DNA of 64,000 nt from IMG/VR virus record IMGVR_UViG_3300012665_000858; one strand, given 5' to 3'. The translations under genes were made by a program, and so were the position numbers. The notes under the pieces were generated by a model. That model made no database searches. It saw nothing but the letters and a program-made list of their open reading frames with translations, and was not told the DNA's origin. Positions 40,301 to 47,788 of this stretch are shown in pieces; positions within the stretch are counted from its first letter, which is position 1; every line of letters begins with the position of its first letter. The stretch comes from an uncultured virus (IMG/VR IMGVR_UViG_3300012665_000858) (lineage: Duplodnaviria; Heunggongvirae; Uroviricota; Caudoviricetes).

Positions 40301-42439
40301 TCTGTATACTTCGTAATCGGTACGCTTTTTATTGTTGACAAATACCTTAACTTCTAAATCGTCTAGTGTGCCGCTCTTTGCATATACATCAATAGGAAAT
40401 AGATTTAATAATGTAGCAGTCACATTAGTTTGTCTTACTACAGGTTGTTTTGTAGCAAATTCTGCCTTAACCCATCCGTTAACTAAATTATAGTCTGACA
40501 AACTATTATTAACTTTTAAATATCCTCTATCTAATACACGTTCGATTAATTCAATCTCACCTTGATAGGTAAATGAATCCTTTTGTAAATTAAAGTCGAA
40601 TACAATGTCACCGATATTTCCAATATTTCTATAAGCAATATTCTGACCTAGAATATTATCGTATGTGTCGCCAGTTTGGTAACTGAATATTTTAGTTCCG
40701 ATAAAAGACGATCCTACATAAGCAGATCTATCTCCATAACTTGTTGCAGTAACATCAACTACATCGAACAACGGAGCAATATTAACGTTGGTTTTATCTT
40801 GGCTTTCTGTCCATGCTCCACTGCTATAATGGAACATCTTTCCTTTATAGTTGTCGCCGTCTGAAATTAAAACTGTTTCACCGTCGATTGGTGTAGTATC
40901 TGGTTCTTCTAATAGTGTAATTCGTTTAACACCAAGATGTGTAATAAATCCTATTTTAAAAATTCTGCCGTTGACCGTAGAATCTGTATCCACAGCAAAC
41001 AACACTCGCATACCTTCTAATAACAATACACCGTCAATGTTATAACCGATGCTACCTTCAACTGTTGAAAATGCATCTTTTGTATATAGATCAATTAAGT
41101 CAACACTACGCTTGGCTTGACGGCCGAAGTTCCATAATTGTAGGTCAGGTTTGAATTCAATAATTGGTCTTTTAGCTCTTGCTGTTTGATCAATTTCTAC
41201 TGGCTGACTATTATAGGTAGCACTTGCTTCAATTACTGAACGGTGAAACCATCTGTTGTATCTACTCCAGTGGTTTCTATCTCTACTGCTTCTGTTAATT
41301 GTAATATAATCTTTTGCGGCTGGATAGTTACTATTAACATCGAATCCTTGTGTATCAAAATTTTCTGCATCGAATTCGATATCGCTGTCTAGTGCAAATG
41401 AAGACGGAGTTTGCAAATCGTATTCTGCAACTAATCGAATCTTGTCTCCCACGCCTTCAACATACCAGTTATCAGAAGCGTATTTGGCAGGCGTTACATT
41501 TCCAATGAAATATACTTTCATGCCGTTTGACAGTTCAGTCGAGCCGTCGAGATTATATGTTTTCTTTCCTAATATCTCATTTTCAACATCAATGAAAGTA
41601 TTTTCTTCAATGTCATAAATTTTAAAGAATCCAGATGTGTTAATATCATTTGCGCTGACATAATATAAAATGTCAGGTGCATTATCTGGAATAGTAAATG
41701 TAATAGTTCCTACTTCTACGTAGGCGGTGTCGCTGACAATACCAGTGGTATAGATGAACGAATCTGCTAAATCTCTAACAGTTTTAAATGCTATGGCATT
41801 ACCTGGACAGTCGATGTCAAACTTATATGTCTGACCTCTGTATAATTTTAAAGTCGGATTTCTTGTTAGTCCGTCAGGGCTAAACAAGTAGGCAATATTA
41901 TCAACATCGCTCACTGTAGTAACGGAGTATGTGCTGACAATACTTCTAGATTGTCCTTTTACTGCAATCGATTGAGGACCTTTTGGTAGCCAGTAGTATT
42001 CTCTGTAATTTACAAATTTGTCCCAGTCGATGTTAGGATTCCAACTATAAAATTCCTGAGCATTGATTTTACTGTGGTCAACGCTTGACGAATTAAAATA
42101 CACAAGTTGGTTAATGTAGTCATTATAGTCGCTGAAAAATGTTACATTTTCTAACGAGTCTTTTACAATAACTGCTGGCTCTAACTGATATGCTGAACGT
42201 TCTGTGGAAATCTCGTCGACATAATTGTCTGCTGGAACATAGGCTTTACTATTCTTTCTACCAATATACGCATTAATTTTATCCACCGACCCAACAGAAA
42301 TTAACTGGTCTAGTGTGCCATTTAAAAACTTTTGGTTGGTTGTGGTTCTAAAATATCTAGGTAAAAAATTAACCGCGCTTCTACTTGTATCCGCGCCGAT
42401 TGGTAGGCTTGGTTCTTTTTGGTCTTTAGAAAATGCCAT
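28352..42439 (-). CDS. Giant (4695 aa) baseplate/virion structural protein
   Basis: Single open frame downstream of the gp6-like gene; beta-propeller-like repeats, NGGSGY repeats, Ig-like repeats. Confidence 0.8.
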   Translation of the reverse strand: MAFSKDQKEPSLPIGADTSRSAVNFLPRYFRTTTNQKFLNGTLDQLISVGSVDKINAYIGRKNSKAYVPADNYVDEISTERSAYQLEPAVIVKDSLENVTFFSDYNDYINQLVYFNSSSVDHSKINAQEFYSWNPNIDWDKFVNYREYYWLPKGPQSIAVKGQSRSIVSTYSVTTVSDVDNIAYLFSPDGLTRNPTLKLYRGQTYKFDIDCPGNAIAFKTVRDLADSFIYTTGIVSDTAYVEVGTITFTIPDNAPDILYYVSANDINTSGFFKIYDIEENTFIDVENEILGKKTYNLDGSTELSNGMKVYFIGNVTPAKYASDNWYVEGVGDKIRLVAEYDLQTPSSFALDSDIEFDAENFDTQGFDVNSNYPAAKDYITINRSSRDRNHWSRYNRWFHRSVIEASATYNSQPVEIDQTARAKRPIIEFKPDLQLWNFGRQAKRSVDLIDLYTKDAFSTVEGSIGYNIDGVLLLEGMRVLFAVDTDSTVNGRIFKIGFITHLGVKRITLLEEPDTTPIDGETVLISDGDNYKGKMFHYSSGAWTESQDKTNVNIAPLFDVVDVTATSYGDRSAYVGSSFIGTKIFSYQTGDTYDNILGQNIAYRNIGNIGDIVFDFNLQKDSFTYQGEIELIERVLDRGYLKVNNSLSDYNLVNGWVKAEFATKQPVVRQTNVTATLLNLFPIDVYAKSGTLDDLEVKVFVNNKKRTDYEVYRQNSIAYIQFTADLAVGDVVVLETMSSAAKLENNGFYKFPSNLESNPQNLSLEDLTLGQISNHLKTISENFANFQGAVPGDSNLRDLGNISGYGTQIVQHSGPLAPIVYSFTNKNVNIVKSLRYARDEYSKFKRNLIRTATSYGYDGITRTHLDLVLKEVTRDKTAESPFYLSDMVPFGINFVYEQEIIDNSFTDYPLTFDFNLDEASAKAVLVYVNDEILLHGRDYTFINTSFIRISSAIQTGDILKIYQYEETAGCCVPPTPTKLGLFPLFEPKIFVDNTYRTPTKVIQGHDGSITVAFSGVDESNEFRDELLLELETRIYNNIKIRYNADLFNLDTLISGYFRTGDVSVSELNSTIRQEFLNWTSLINEDYTKHTFFDRNEPFTYNYKSFADPQGNPLPGFWRGIYDYFYDTDRPHTHPWEMVGFSVKPAWWDTTYGPAPYTKDNLLLWNDLSEGLIRTPGQLVTRNTLYARPDLLKYIPVDADGNLIDPLTVGLVSDYVSVFTENEFTFGDQTPIETAWRRSSHYPFALITALTLLRPAKMFALGFDRIRQYRDDTGQIVYKLPTGNLRFNTANMVFPSTVKDSTRVFTSGLVNYLSDYGISKSFTILDNFKSDLNSLQVKISSKLAGFTTKEKFKLILDSRSPLNEGNVFIPQENYDIILNSSTPVTTIDYSGVLIEKTTSGFVIKGYNKSTPEFNYKKPLDTVSDPVIRVGGISETYIDWNSGKFYSKGQIVKTDQNYFRVTVSHTSSTAFESKYFAKLQSLPIVGGREITLRRNFENEISTIHYGAELRTVQDVVDVLLGYGKYLTDAGFTFEYFNPNLKTVTDWQTSAKEFAFWTTQNWAEGAVITLSPAAEELIYRQDYAIVDSIYDPFYEYSIFKQDGVELEPSFTNSIREKNSFSLRPKNTADGLYHATLNLVQKEHVLILDDVTVFNDIIYDQVQGYRQERIKVVGYKISDWTGDFSIPGFVYDRAIVTEWTAWKDYALGDTVKYKEFYYSARTNVPGTELFNDDNWYRLDSKPESKLIPNWDYRASQFEDFYDLDTDSFDVDQQKFAQHLIGYQKRQYLENIINDDVSQYKFYQGMIQEKGTANSLSKLFDALNYADTDSLEFFEEWAIRLGQYGASGGFEEVEYILNEEKFLINPQPIELVTSVPYGVNDFVYRITADQVYLKPDDYTHEPFPVLASQKEYIRTAGYVNYEDVDYVISSKDEFATYNIKDLVEGTYFWLGFDNSSWNVYRFTNFAKSIKRVEEATNFRITLVTKLPTDIVVGSYIGINNTSTSVEGIKQVIAVGLNWFEIAMPADLDTAAIAEINLSLNINLFKFTPQRLSSIDDLNSLPVSAKKNNEIIWTDGVNNAWSVWKFAKSYTSTKITSEENYFGKVLAVDGTETVLAATSTNAVLFYSRPTSAFGWAFQDSIFPLSTETFTDTNGSFGDSLCFNADGSYLFIGAPRYGITSTPGPLPTDPPVIAEVDIGYVAQYTKNIYGSYEFTRVIQSATPTQFQYFGQRVQVNGNILYVVSKGDGSTIPASLSAYNLTTNTFLATLTLPTGISVTDIDVASNNVVTVSKNDESVLVTRLLGSAFVTVQEINISDFVSIEMLETGSNFGTSVAITNDANFIAVGVPGYSNVASNQGAVAIFKLNSSTYAANDIITSPLNQDSEKFGYRVRFNLDNDRLVIYSYGGSQTIETFIDNGNTTFDLNVTKFIAEQEFTGSIRIYEKYDSKFLIGDELEPSAVSGINYGDAFVVARKVYVNDQTSTAGSFYEFTGSNKSWTKFREPEPSVNLSKIKSLFLYNTRTNSVVANLDFIDPITGKVLGIAEQELSFKTYYDPAIYTIGVETVVVDLLMGWTKPHVGKLWWDLSTIKFANPLQGSIVYKANTWNNVYNDASVDIYEWVESEYSPSEWDSLADTETGLALGISGTSKYGDLAYSIKQSYDSISKTFTNVYYFWVKNKTTVPGVTFRKTSASDVANLIANPKGQGIQYATLLGKNQFALVNCKDLITGKDVALNIRYWTINNTENNIHAHYQLLAEGNTNKKLNKYVEQKWFDSLVGYDINGSEVPDTRLPAKLKYGILNKPRQSMFINRLEALKQFIERVNSVLISRAIIDDFNFTDLNAKEEAPTELSGKFDIAIDSQSQIRFVGSTGFIQATATPVVEAGKIVRVIVTNPGRGYKIAPAITITGSGNGAKLTARINSIGEITGVTVDNSGRDYLDTTILYIRPFTILVNNDETAANKWSLYIWDSSIGNWFRSKTQIYDVTKHWSYADWYADGYSAFTKVDHQVDFSYEMSFIDIAVGELVKIKNEKSGGWILLERINTLVTDNVSLNYNTVGRQSGTIQFNTNLYNFTNSNIGFDSFTYDGDVYDDEPKEELRIILDVIRNNLLIDELEVEYNKLFFASLRYVFSEQTFVDWAFKTSFIKSQHNLGELRQKVNYKNDNLSSYEEYINEVKPYRSKIREFISNYTAKDNTYTGTTDFDLPARYDSEEGKIVPFTVKVVDSAVSYTSPAILNAPYSDWLDNLGYRVIEIIVTNGGSGYQASPAVEIVGTSRVKATAKAYISRGSVTKIIVETKGEGYLTTPSVVISGSVSATGTPATATAVLGEGLTRTNTIGVKFDRIIPEYQISAITMTQTFDGTGSRTLFELNWPLDIRTNKTAVTVSNEELLTSDFVVYNKKDTSLGYTRYIGVLELTSAAEIGSSNVTVSYTKDIRLLTAADRIQYYYAPGTGQIGKDLGQLMQGVDYGGVEVTGLGFEISSGWDGLPWFTAGWDDFDEDYTDFLVVSDGTTRSYSLSYTPADGEQINIYINGVRIDDINYDEYTAAETAYNTAVSQLATYTAEELILQADVDAKQEIVDTLTQELIDTQAVIADLEAQLAITPPSDPLYFALQAALAENQAQETQLIADLVVAQSDLDDAQELLTAKEAQVASKTIDVAAKLVTLNAAPDIVNPDAQMQTFVGDGITVEPVIIIPAYVDVNSGDTIIFRKSTSDGSFRPNQQYLDSEITGGDFTYTTAKGIRAEDITLDGDNFVTATTSHAPEEVVTGQVVDSVSITVYHTVEDGTPIIVTRHYITTEPENEFLIGQRPNSTQAAFVKLNGLIKEQDVDYTLNYALQKVVFPTNLPVGSEVVVTSMSKNGTNVLDSDSFIGDGASDEFVTIARWSGDYSALVTVNGIPSTVTTFVTDDTYSEVGNIGIRFATPPANTAIIDYTIIGTALNTVSRVTTETIVYDGTSQVYSLDNTPGNLRPFDNNVLVEYAGRILRPADTIYFDVVGTVRTYSVSTVDYAINTIDANKVKVYLNGTELGISRQFTWKSSSNQLTIKRGVAKVGDKVALVILENADYYVEEDSTGAQLRLLDSYSVNEKFAVTTFTNHDILDIERNNDYVTTESIVTVGTTDYYRLNQLLAGRIQLRNPALGAQYIWIALNGELLTPEIDYILEDNLTYIQIDKNKKLLTTDVVDIIVFSSDVTTGRPFGYRIFKDMLNRTFYKRLDAEASAVLAQPLNYYDTSIVLEDASGLVEPLRSQNQAGIVLIDKERIEYLEKDGNTLRFLRRGTLGTGVPEVHPAGTSVNDASTNQTIPYKDETETVVLVAGGYTQASEIYDNSFGMSVTSIKYNFNNTTAFPLGGQVVTVKGSGFTDKVEVIVGDPTVLTTFIATEINSANEMIVSSIDRLFVGKELSFSGAVFGGIDSEISYYVLTYGQDPVTEEYYITVSETAGGSPATLLVSTGEMTGSHMKAKCNTTYVSSTELTFISQAEVVGAYDLVILNPSFSVGPVTVSQTSYVKPAAIRYVQILLPFSPIVNTPTTQNPAQTGEWYKETAEISVTNIQVGRGYKVNSVGTTDYMSIGASSNSIGTEFIATAVGSGTGIVLDYTSIPLEYWEGLDIEVFVAGRRLRKTPTAVWDESLGPDSPSGDKQLQAEFAVNKNVGAYVRLTEPPTNGAKVIVQKKVGQTWVARGESLVDSQSDQAKFVRAKTANLPR

Positions 42440-42449
42440 TTACTGTCCT

Positions 42450-45400
42450 TTAATTGCTAACAATGCCGTTTGCAGAAGTAGTGCTAGATGTTAGTACTAC
42501 TCCTGTTGTGTTTAATCTTGCCGCGGTAATTTCTGAAATAATTTCAATATTATCTACAGACACAGAACTGGCAAATATCTCGTCAGGGTTTGCTTTAATT
42601 TCATACAAACTGCCGAATGCTAAATTTTGATTTTTTGGGACTAACACAATATTTGCGATACGTGGAGACATTCTATTCATAATATATGTTGCTAGTTCTC
42701 CAAAATAGAAAGTATCGCCGAAGTCCCAGTTATCAATTGAAAAGAATTCTTTGATTGCTGTTACTACACCAGTTTTAATATCGTTGTCGCTGACAACTAA
42801 TGAACTGTTTTTAACAACTTTAAATATTGCCTGTAGACTAATATCTGCTTTAGATCCAAATAAGTTTTTGTACTTAACTGGATGGTATATTACTTCGTCG
42901 CTGATTGCTTTAATTTTTCCTAGCTCAGTTCCAAAGTTAATGAATAGTGCATCGCTACTTGGAGGCAACGGCTTAGTTGCCACATCTCCGTTTAACCATA
43001 AACGATACTGTGTGTCATATGACTTGGTCAACATAAAGATATCAATAATGTTTGTAGCAGCCGGATCTATTCTTGCACTTTCATCAGCGGCATGGACATA
43101 TTGAAATTTCAATATATCGCGGCCAACAAATGCACGATATTCAGTAGTAATAACAAAACTTACGCTTTCTTTATAGAAAACTTTAACTACATTCTCATCC
43201 ATGATGTATATTAATTGTTGATTGCTTAACAAGTTAGAATCAACTACACTCTGAGATGTAAAAATTTTAATTAAATTATTCTCGTTTTTAATATAATAGT
43301 AATCAGTTATACCGTCAATGCTAACTCGACTCTTTTGAAAAATAAATTTCTGTTCTGGGTTAGCATCTGGAGCAACAATAACATCAAAGATTTCTGGATT
43401 ATCCACTACACCGTCTTCATCGTTGTCGTAGAAACTAATTGATATTTTTTTAGAATCGATATACCCATCAGATCCTTTATACTCGTCGATAATTTCCCAA
43501 TTTATATCTTGGTTTATTGGTGTTGTTGCATCAGGTGCTGTGTTAATTCCTAGTACAGAAATTTTATCTCTTACGATTTTTCCTGTGCTGGTATCATAAA
43601 CCTTGTCTGAACTGTCGTAAAAGAATCTAATTTCCTTTTCGCTTTCAAATACATATCTTGTGCCGCGGCTAGTAACTGTATAAGTTTCGCCGTTGGTTTC
43701 AAACAAAACAATCCAACTTGCATCAAGTTGTTGATTACTAACATCGCCTGCTTTACCTAAACTAAAATCATTTTTCTTATCAACGTTTGTGTCAGTGACT
43801 ATTTTCCATGTGATAAGGTTAGCATCGTATCGTAGGCCAAACTCTTTATTAGCAAATATTAAATCTACCATCCTAGTAATGACACTGGATTCTAGTCCTG
43901 TTACAAACTTCGGAAGAATAGAATCGAGATACGCTGTTGAATCTACTACATCGTTGAGTATTACCGGGCCTGTTCCGTCGGCCAATTGTCCTGTGTTTGA
44001 AGCAGTACCGTCAGATATAACGTTAATTACTTTGCTCCAGATATAAGACTTTGAATTCTCATCTGCTAGTGCAGAATCAATAATAGCATTGTCGGCATCG
44101 AATACCTTGCCCACTGGGGGAATGAATTTTATAAGTGACCCGGGTATTAAGTAACGTAAGTTTGAACTGGTAAACGATCCTAATTTTTTTGTAGATGCAT
44201 TGGCAATATCGCCAACGTATCCTGTGGATAAATTAACTGCGCTAGTTTTTTGAAAGAATGCGCTGTAGTTAGGTGCCAATGTAATTGTAGGATAATTATC
44301 AAGATAAAAATCAATAGTTCTTCTCAATCCAATAATCGGCTCTATTTGATTTAACACAACATTTTCTATATCCGAACGTGTGCTTACACTAAATGTAAAA
44401 ATATCTACAATAGGTTCTTTATAGATTATACCGTCTGTGCCAAATAAGTTAGTTGTACTATATTTTCCGGTGCTATCTTTTAAATCAAAATAACGACTAA
44501 TGCCGCTACTTACTCTGTTAACTGCTTTAATTTTAATAACTTCTTGATTGACACTTAAAGGAAGAATGTTGTAATCTTCACCTGTGATCATTCTGCTCTG
44601 AGTATAATATGTTGCAGGAGCATTATTTTTAATCTCGTCAGATGTTTCTGCAATTGCCGCATTGGTAACTGTATACTTTAAGCCTAGAGCCACTGTAACT
44701 ACTTCTTTCTTTCCGGCACGACTGATATAAGGAATATCAATGGTTACATTCTTAATGTCGGCAGGATTGATAGAATACGATAATCCGTTACTGGTTCTGT
44801 AGTATATTTTAAAGTTGCCTTGTGGCAAATTGCCAAAGGTACCATCAGCAAAAATTAATCTTATACGATCCAACGAACGTGTAAGCACAGAATATATGTC
44901 TCTAATATTCTTAGATAGACTGTTATAGATGATGTTATTACCTTCGACAGAATCTACTTTAGTCCATAATGTAGATTCAAATCCAATACTGTCAAGTCCG
45001 TATAACCACACATCCGAATTGTTAACGTTTGGACTGTCAATGTCTAATGTTTCGCTGGTGCTTGGTCGTGCAATACTAAATGTACTTTCTTGTAGTGTAC
45101 CTTGACGGAAGTGTGCAAAGAATCCAGTATTACTGCTAGGAGGGCCACCGCCGTCATCGCGATATAAAAATGCTAGACTGTTAGTTGGGAAAGGTGCTTC
45201 TTCGTAGATAGAGTTTGCACCTGAAAATGTAGTCGACACTACTTCAAAATCGATGTTGCGGCCGTCGATATTCTTGCTGAATCCGTAAATAGGTACTTCA
45301 GTATTAGAAGCATTAAATCTGTACTGTTCGCAAGGAACGCCACTGATAGTTGCACTGTCAGTAGGTTTGCCAAATTGTTGTGTTTCTGGAAGAGAGGCGT

Positions 45401-45881
45401 TGATAACTTTAATAAACTGTTCGTACCAGTTGCTGTTGGCGCTGTCATTCCAAACGATTGTTTGATTAGATAAATCTCTACCGTTGCTATCGATAACAGA
45501 CTCTGTTGTAGATATAGAGGTGAATTTTAAAAGCCCGTTAGCAGGCTGTGTTCTTTTAGGGTTATAACTTAGTAATCGTGCTAGACGTAATACGCTTTCT
45601 CTACGTTCTGCTAGTTCTAAAAAGTTATCACGAGCATTTAAATCAAATCTAAATGCCAGGTTTTGACCCAGGAATGCAATAAGATCGATAAGGGCCAAGT
45701 ATTCACTTGACTCAATATAATCGTTAAAATCTTCTGGATAATTTTCACGTAGATACGTGATCATTGTTCGACGTAAGTTGTCGAAATCGTATGATTTAAA
45801 GTCGGCGTTTTTAAAGCTCTGGTAAACTCGTTTCCAGTCTTCTGCCGCTATTAATTTATTTTGTCTATCTACACTTGCCAT
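42450..45881 (-). CDS. Baseplate wedge subunit (T4 gp6-like)
   Basis: YDFDNLR, AERRESVLRLARLLSYNP, FADGTFG.P, ETSDEIKNNAP..Y.QSRMITGEDY. Confidence 0.85.
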   Translation of the reverse strand: MASVDRQNKLIAAEDWKRVYQSFKNADFKSYDFDNLRRTMITYLRENYPEDFNDYIESSEYLALIDLIAFLGQNLAFRFDLNARDNFLELAERRESVLRLARLLSYNPKRTQPANGLLKFTSISTTESVIDSNGRDLSNQTIVWNDSANSNWYEQFIKVINASLPETQQFGKPTDSATISGVPCEQYRFNASNTEVPIYGFSKNIDGRNIDFEVVSTTFSGANSIYEEAPFPTNSLAFLYRDDGGGPPSSNTGFFAHFRQGTLQESTFSIARPSTSETLDIDSPNVNNSDVWLYGLDSIGFESTLWTKVDSVEGNNIIYNSLSKNIRDIYSVLTRSLDRIRLIFADGTFGNLPQGNFKIYYRTSNGLSYSINPADIKNVTIDIPYISRAGKKEVVTVALGLKYTVTNAAIAETSDEIKNNAPATYYTQSRMITGEDYNILPLSVNQEVIKIKAVNRVSSGISRYFDLKDSTGKYSTTNLFGTDGIIYKEPIVDIFTFSVSTRSDIENVVLNQIEPIIGLRRTIDFYLDNYPTITLAPNYSAFFQKTSAVNLSTGYVGDIANASTKKLGSFTSSNLRYLIPGSLIKFIPPVGKVFDADNAIIDSALADENSKSYIWSKVINVISDGTASNTGQLADGTGPVILNDVVDSTAYLDSILPKFVTGLESSVITRMVDLIFANKEFGLRYDANLITWKIVTDTNVDKKNDFSLGKAGDVSNQQLDASWIVLFETNGETYTVTSRGTRYVFESEKEIRFFYDSSDKVYDTSTGKIVRDKISVLGINTAPDATTPINQDINWEIIDEYKGSDGYIDSKKISISFYDNDEDGVVDNPEIFDVIVAPDANPEQKFIFQKSRVSIDGITDYYYIKNENNLIKIFTSQSVVDSNLLSNQQLIYIMDENVVKVFYKESVSFVITTEYRAFVGRDILKFQYVHAADESARIDPAATNIIDIFMLTKSYDTQYRLWLNGDVATKPLPPSSDALFINFGTELGKIKAISDEVIYHPVKYKNLFGSKADISLQAIFKVVKNSSLVVSDNDIKTGVVTAIKEFFSIDNWDFGDTFYFGELATYIMNRMSPRIANIVLVPKNQNLAFGSLYEIKANPDEIFASSVSVDNIEIISEITAARLNTTGVVLTSSTTSANGIVSN

Positions 45882-45930
45882 ATTCAGCCCTCGATATTAT
45901 ATTTATCAAGTCTAAAAAGTGGGTAGATTA

Positions 45931-46374
45931 TTAACTGAGGATGTTGTTGTCTTCGTCAAATCTGAAACGTAGTTGTTCAGAAATGTTATACGGAAGGTAT
46001 GTTAAATCACACTCTACTTGGATACCGCTTTCGTATTGGCTGACTACTAAACTATCTACCTTTACTCTAGGATCATAATTCATTATTTGTGTGATATTTT
46101 CTGCAATGATATCCTTTAATTCTTCTGTTAATGGATCAAACAGCAAGTCCCAAATGATACATCCGAACTCTGGATTTTCTAGTTTTTCGCCCTGTCTAAT
46201 ATGCAAATGATTTACAATATCTTGTTTAATTAGACTTAAATCGTACAGCGTATAACTGCCTGACGGAGTAGAAATTGTACTCAGTCCTCTGTATGCTCGT
46301 CCCGTTGGTGTAGGGTCTGAAATACCGTTTTGCGGAATAACACTTCTACCTGAAATTGAGTTATAAGTTGCCAT
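45931..46374 (-). CDS. Baseplate wedge / sheath initiator (T4 gp25-like)
   Basis: GEKLENPEFGC.IWDLLFDP, YDPRV. Confidence 0.88.
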   Translation of the reverse strand: MATYNSISGRSVIPQNGISDPTPTGRAYRGLSTISTPSGSYTLYDLSLIKQDIVNHLHIRQGEKLENPEFGCIIWDLLFDPLTEELKDIIAENITQIMNYDPRVKVDSLVVSQYESGIQVECDLTYLPYNISEQLRFRFDEDNNILS

Positions 46375-46384
46375 AGTTTAATAT

Positions 46385-47788
46385 TTATTTTTTACCTTTT
46401 GAGATTTTCTTAAAGGTATCTACAATCTTAGATTGCGACCCGTTTGTTACAGATGCGCTAGAACTAGAGTCTGTTTTTGCAGGGCTGTGTCCTTTAGGAT
46501 TTAAGTTTTCGTGGCCGGCCCATGGCTCATGTTCTGGTATTCGTTTAGGGCCGCTGGCAGAACCGCAGGTAGCGGCTGCTGGACCATTCATGTGTATTTG
46601 ACTGGCTGTTTCTAAATGATTGCCGCCGGCACTAATATTACTCTGGCCGCTTACAGTAATTTTACTGTCTGCGCCGACTGCAACTAGCCAGTCCGATCCG
46701 CTATCCAAATGCATCTTATCGCCAGAAATTATATTAACATTTCTGCCGGCTTTCATATTGATATCTCTATCTGCAGAAATATTAAAATCATTTTTAGTGT
46801 GTATGCTTACGCTATCTTCAGCAAAAATATCAATCTTTCCGTTACTGGTTAATTCTATCCACGTTGTGCCGCGAGCATTTCCTATATAGATTAAGTCTTC
46901 GCTGTTGTGCATTAATATCTGATGCCCGGTGCGTGTTCTAATCCTAACTAATTCGTTGTGCGGAATATCTTTAACTCCGCCTTTGTCATCCACAGATACG
47001 TATGCCGAGGCACTTTCCGAAGCATGGCCTGTTCTTAAATAATTTTCGTCGCCATCATCCATGACGAATGTAGAGCCGCCTAATCTGCCAACAAATGCAC
47101 CGCGCACTGGATTTTCTTTCGAGCCAACTGTTCCCCTGGACTGTCCGGATGACCTATCTACTGGTCCAGGTGTACTGATTCCAAATACGTTGCTAGGACT
47201 TTCGCGTCTAGCAGAGCTGGTTGTAATTCCACGAACTTCGTCTGTTAATAATCCTTGTGTGCTTAGTATACCACTGAACGGATGCACTGGCTTCTTAATT
47301 TGTGTAGAATCGGGTTGATCTCCCACGACTAGTTTTCTGTTAAACTCTGCAACTGGTTCTTTCGTAGGCGGTACTTTAGTATTCAACTCGGTTGCTGCCA
47401 AGCCCGGTATCATAAAATTCATATACTCGTCTTGAACGCATCCTATCCAAAATCCGTTACTGGTGTCGCCTTCAATAAAGATAACAACCACAATTCCGCC
47501 TTCAGTAGGAGGAACCATCCACATTCCGTAACTCTTTTGTGTATCGCCATAGGTGTTATTTTTACCTACGTGATCAATATTTGTAACTCCGTAAAACGGA
47601 CTTAGATATTTTACAGGATATGTACTGCCTTCACTGTTAGGGATATTACCCACATCACGTAATAGTTGTACGTGGAGGGTACCCATGTACTTGTTATCTT
47701 CGCTTCTAACTACTCGCGCCAAGTGCGGTCCAGGATCGACTTTAGCGCCACTTGGTTCGTTAGATCTATTTGTTTCATTCGATGACAT
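46385..47788 (-). CDS. Baseplate hub spike (gp5/VgrG-like OB fold plus beta-helix, no lysozyme domain)
   Basis: MWMVPP..G..VVVIF.EGD...GFWIGC OB-fold motif, RTRTGHQI, beta-helix repeats. Confidence 0.8.
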   Translation of the reverse strand: MSSNETNRSNEPSGAKVDPGPHLARVVRSEDNKYMGTLHVQLLRDVGNIPNSEGSTYPVKYLSPFYGVTNIDHVGKNNTYGDTQKSYGMWMVPPTEGGIVVVIFIEGDTSNGFWIGCVQDEYMNFMIPGLAATELNTKVPPTKEPVAEFNRKLVVGDQPDSTQIKKPVHPFSGILSTQGLLTDEVRGITTSSARRESPSNVFGISTPGPVDRSSGQSRGTVGSKENPVRGAFVGRLGGSTFVMDDGDENYLRTGHASESASAYVSVDDKGGVKDIPHNELVRIRTRTGHQILMHNSEDLIYIGNARGTTWIELTSNGKIDIFAEDSVSIHTKNDFNISADRDINMKAGRNVNIISGDKMHLDSGSDWLVAVGADSKITVSGQSNISAGGNHLETASQIHMNGPAAATCGSASGPKRIPEHEPWAGHENLNPKGHSPAKTDSSSSASVTNGSQSKIVDTFKKISKGKK

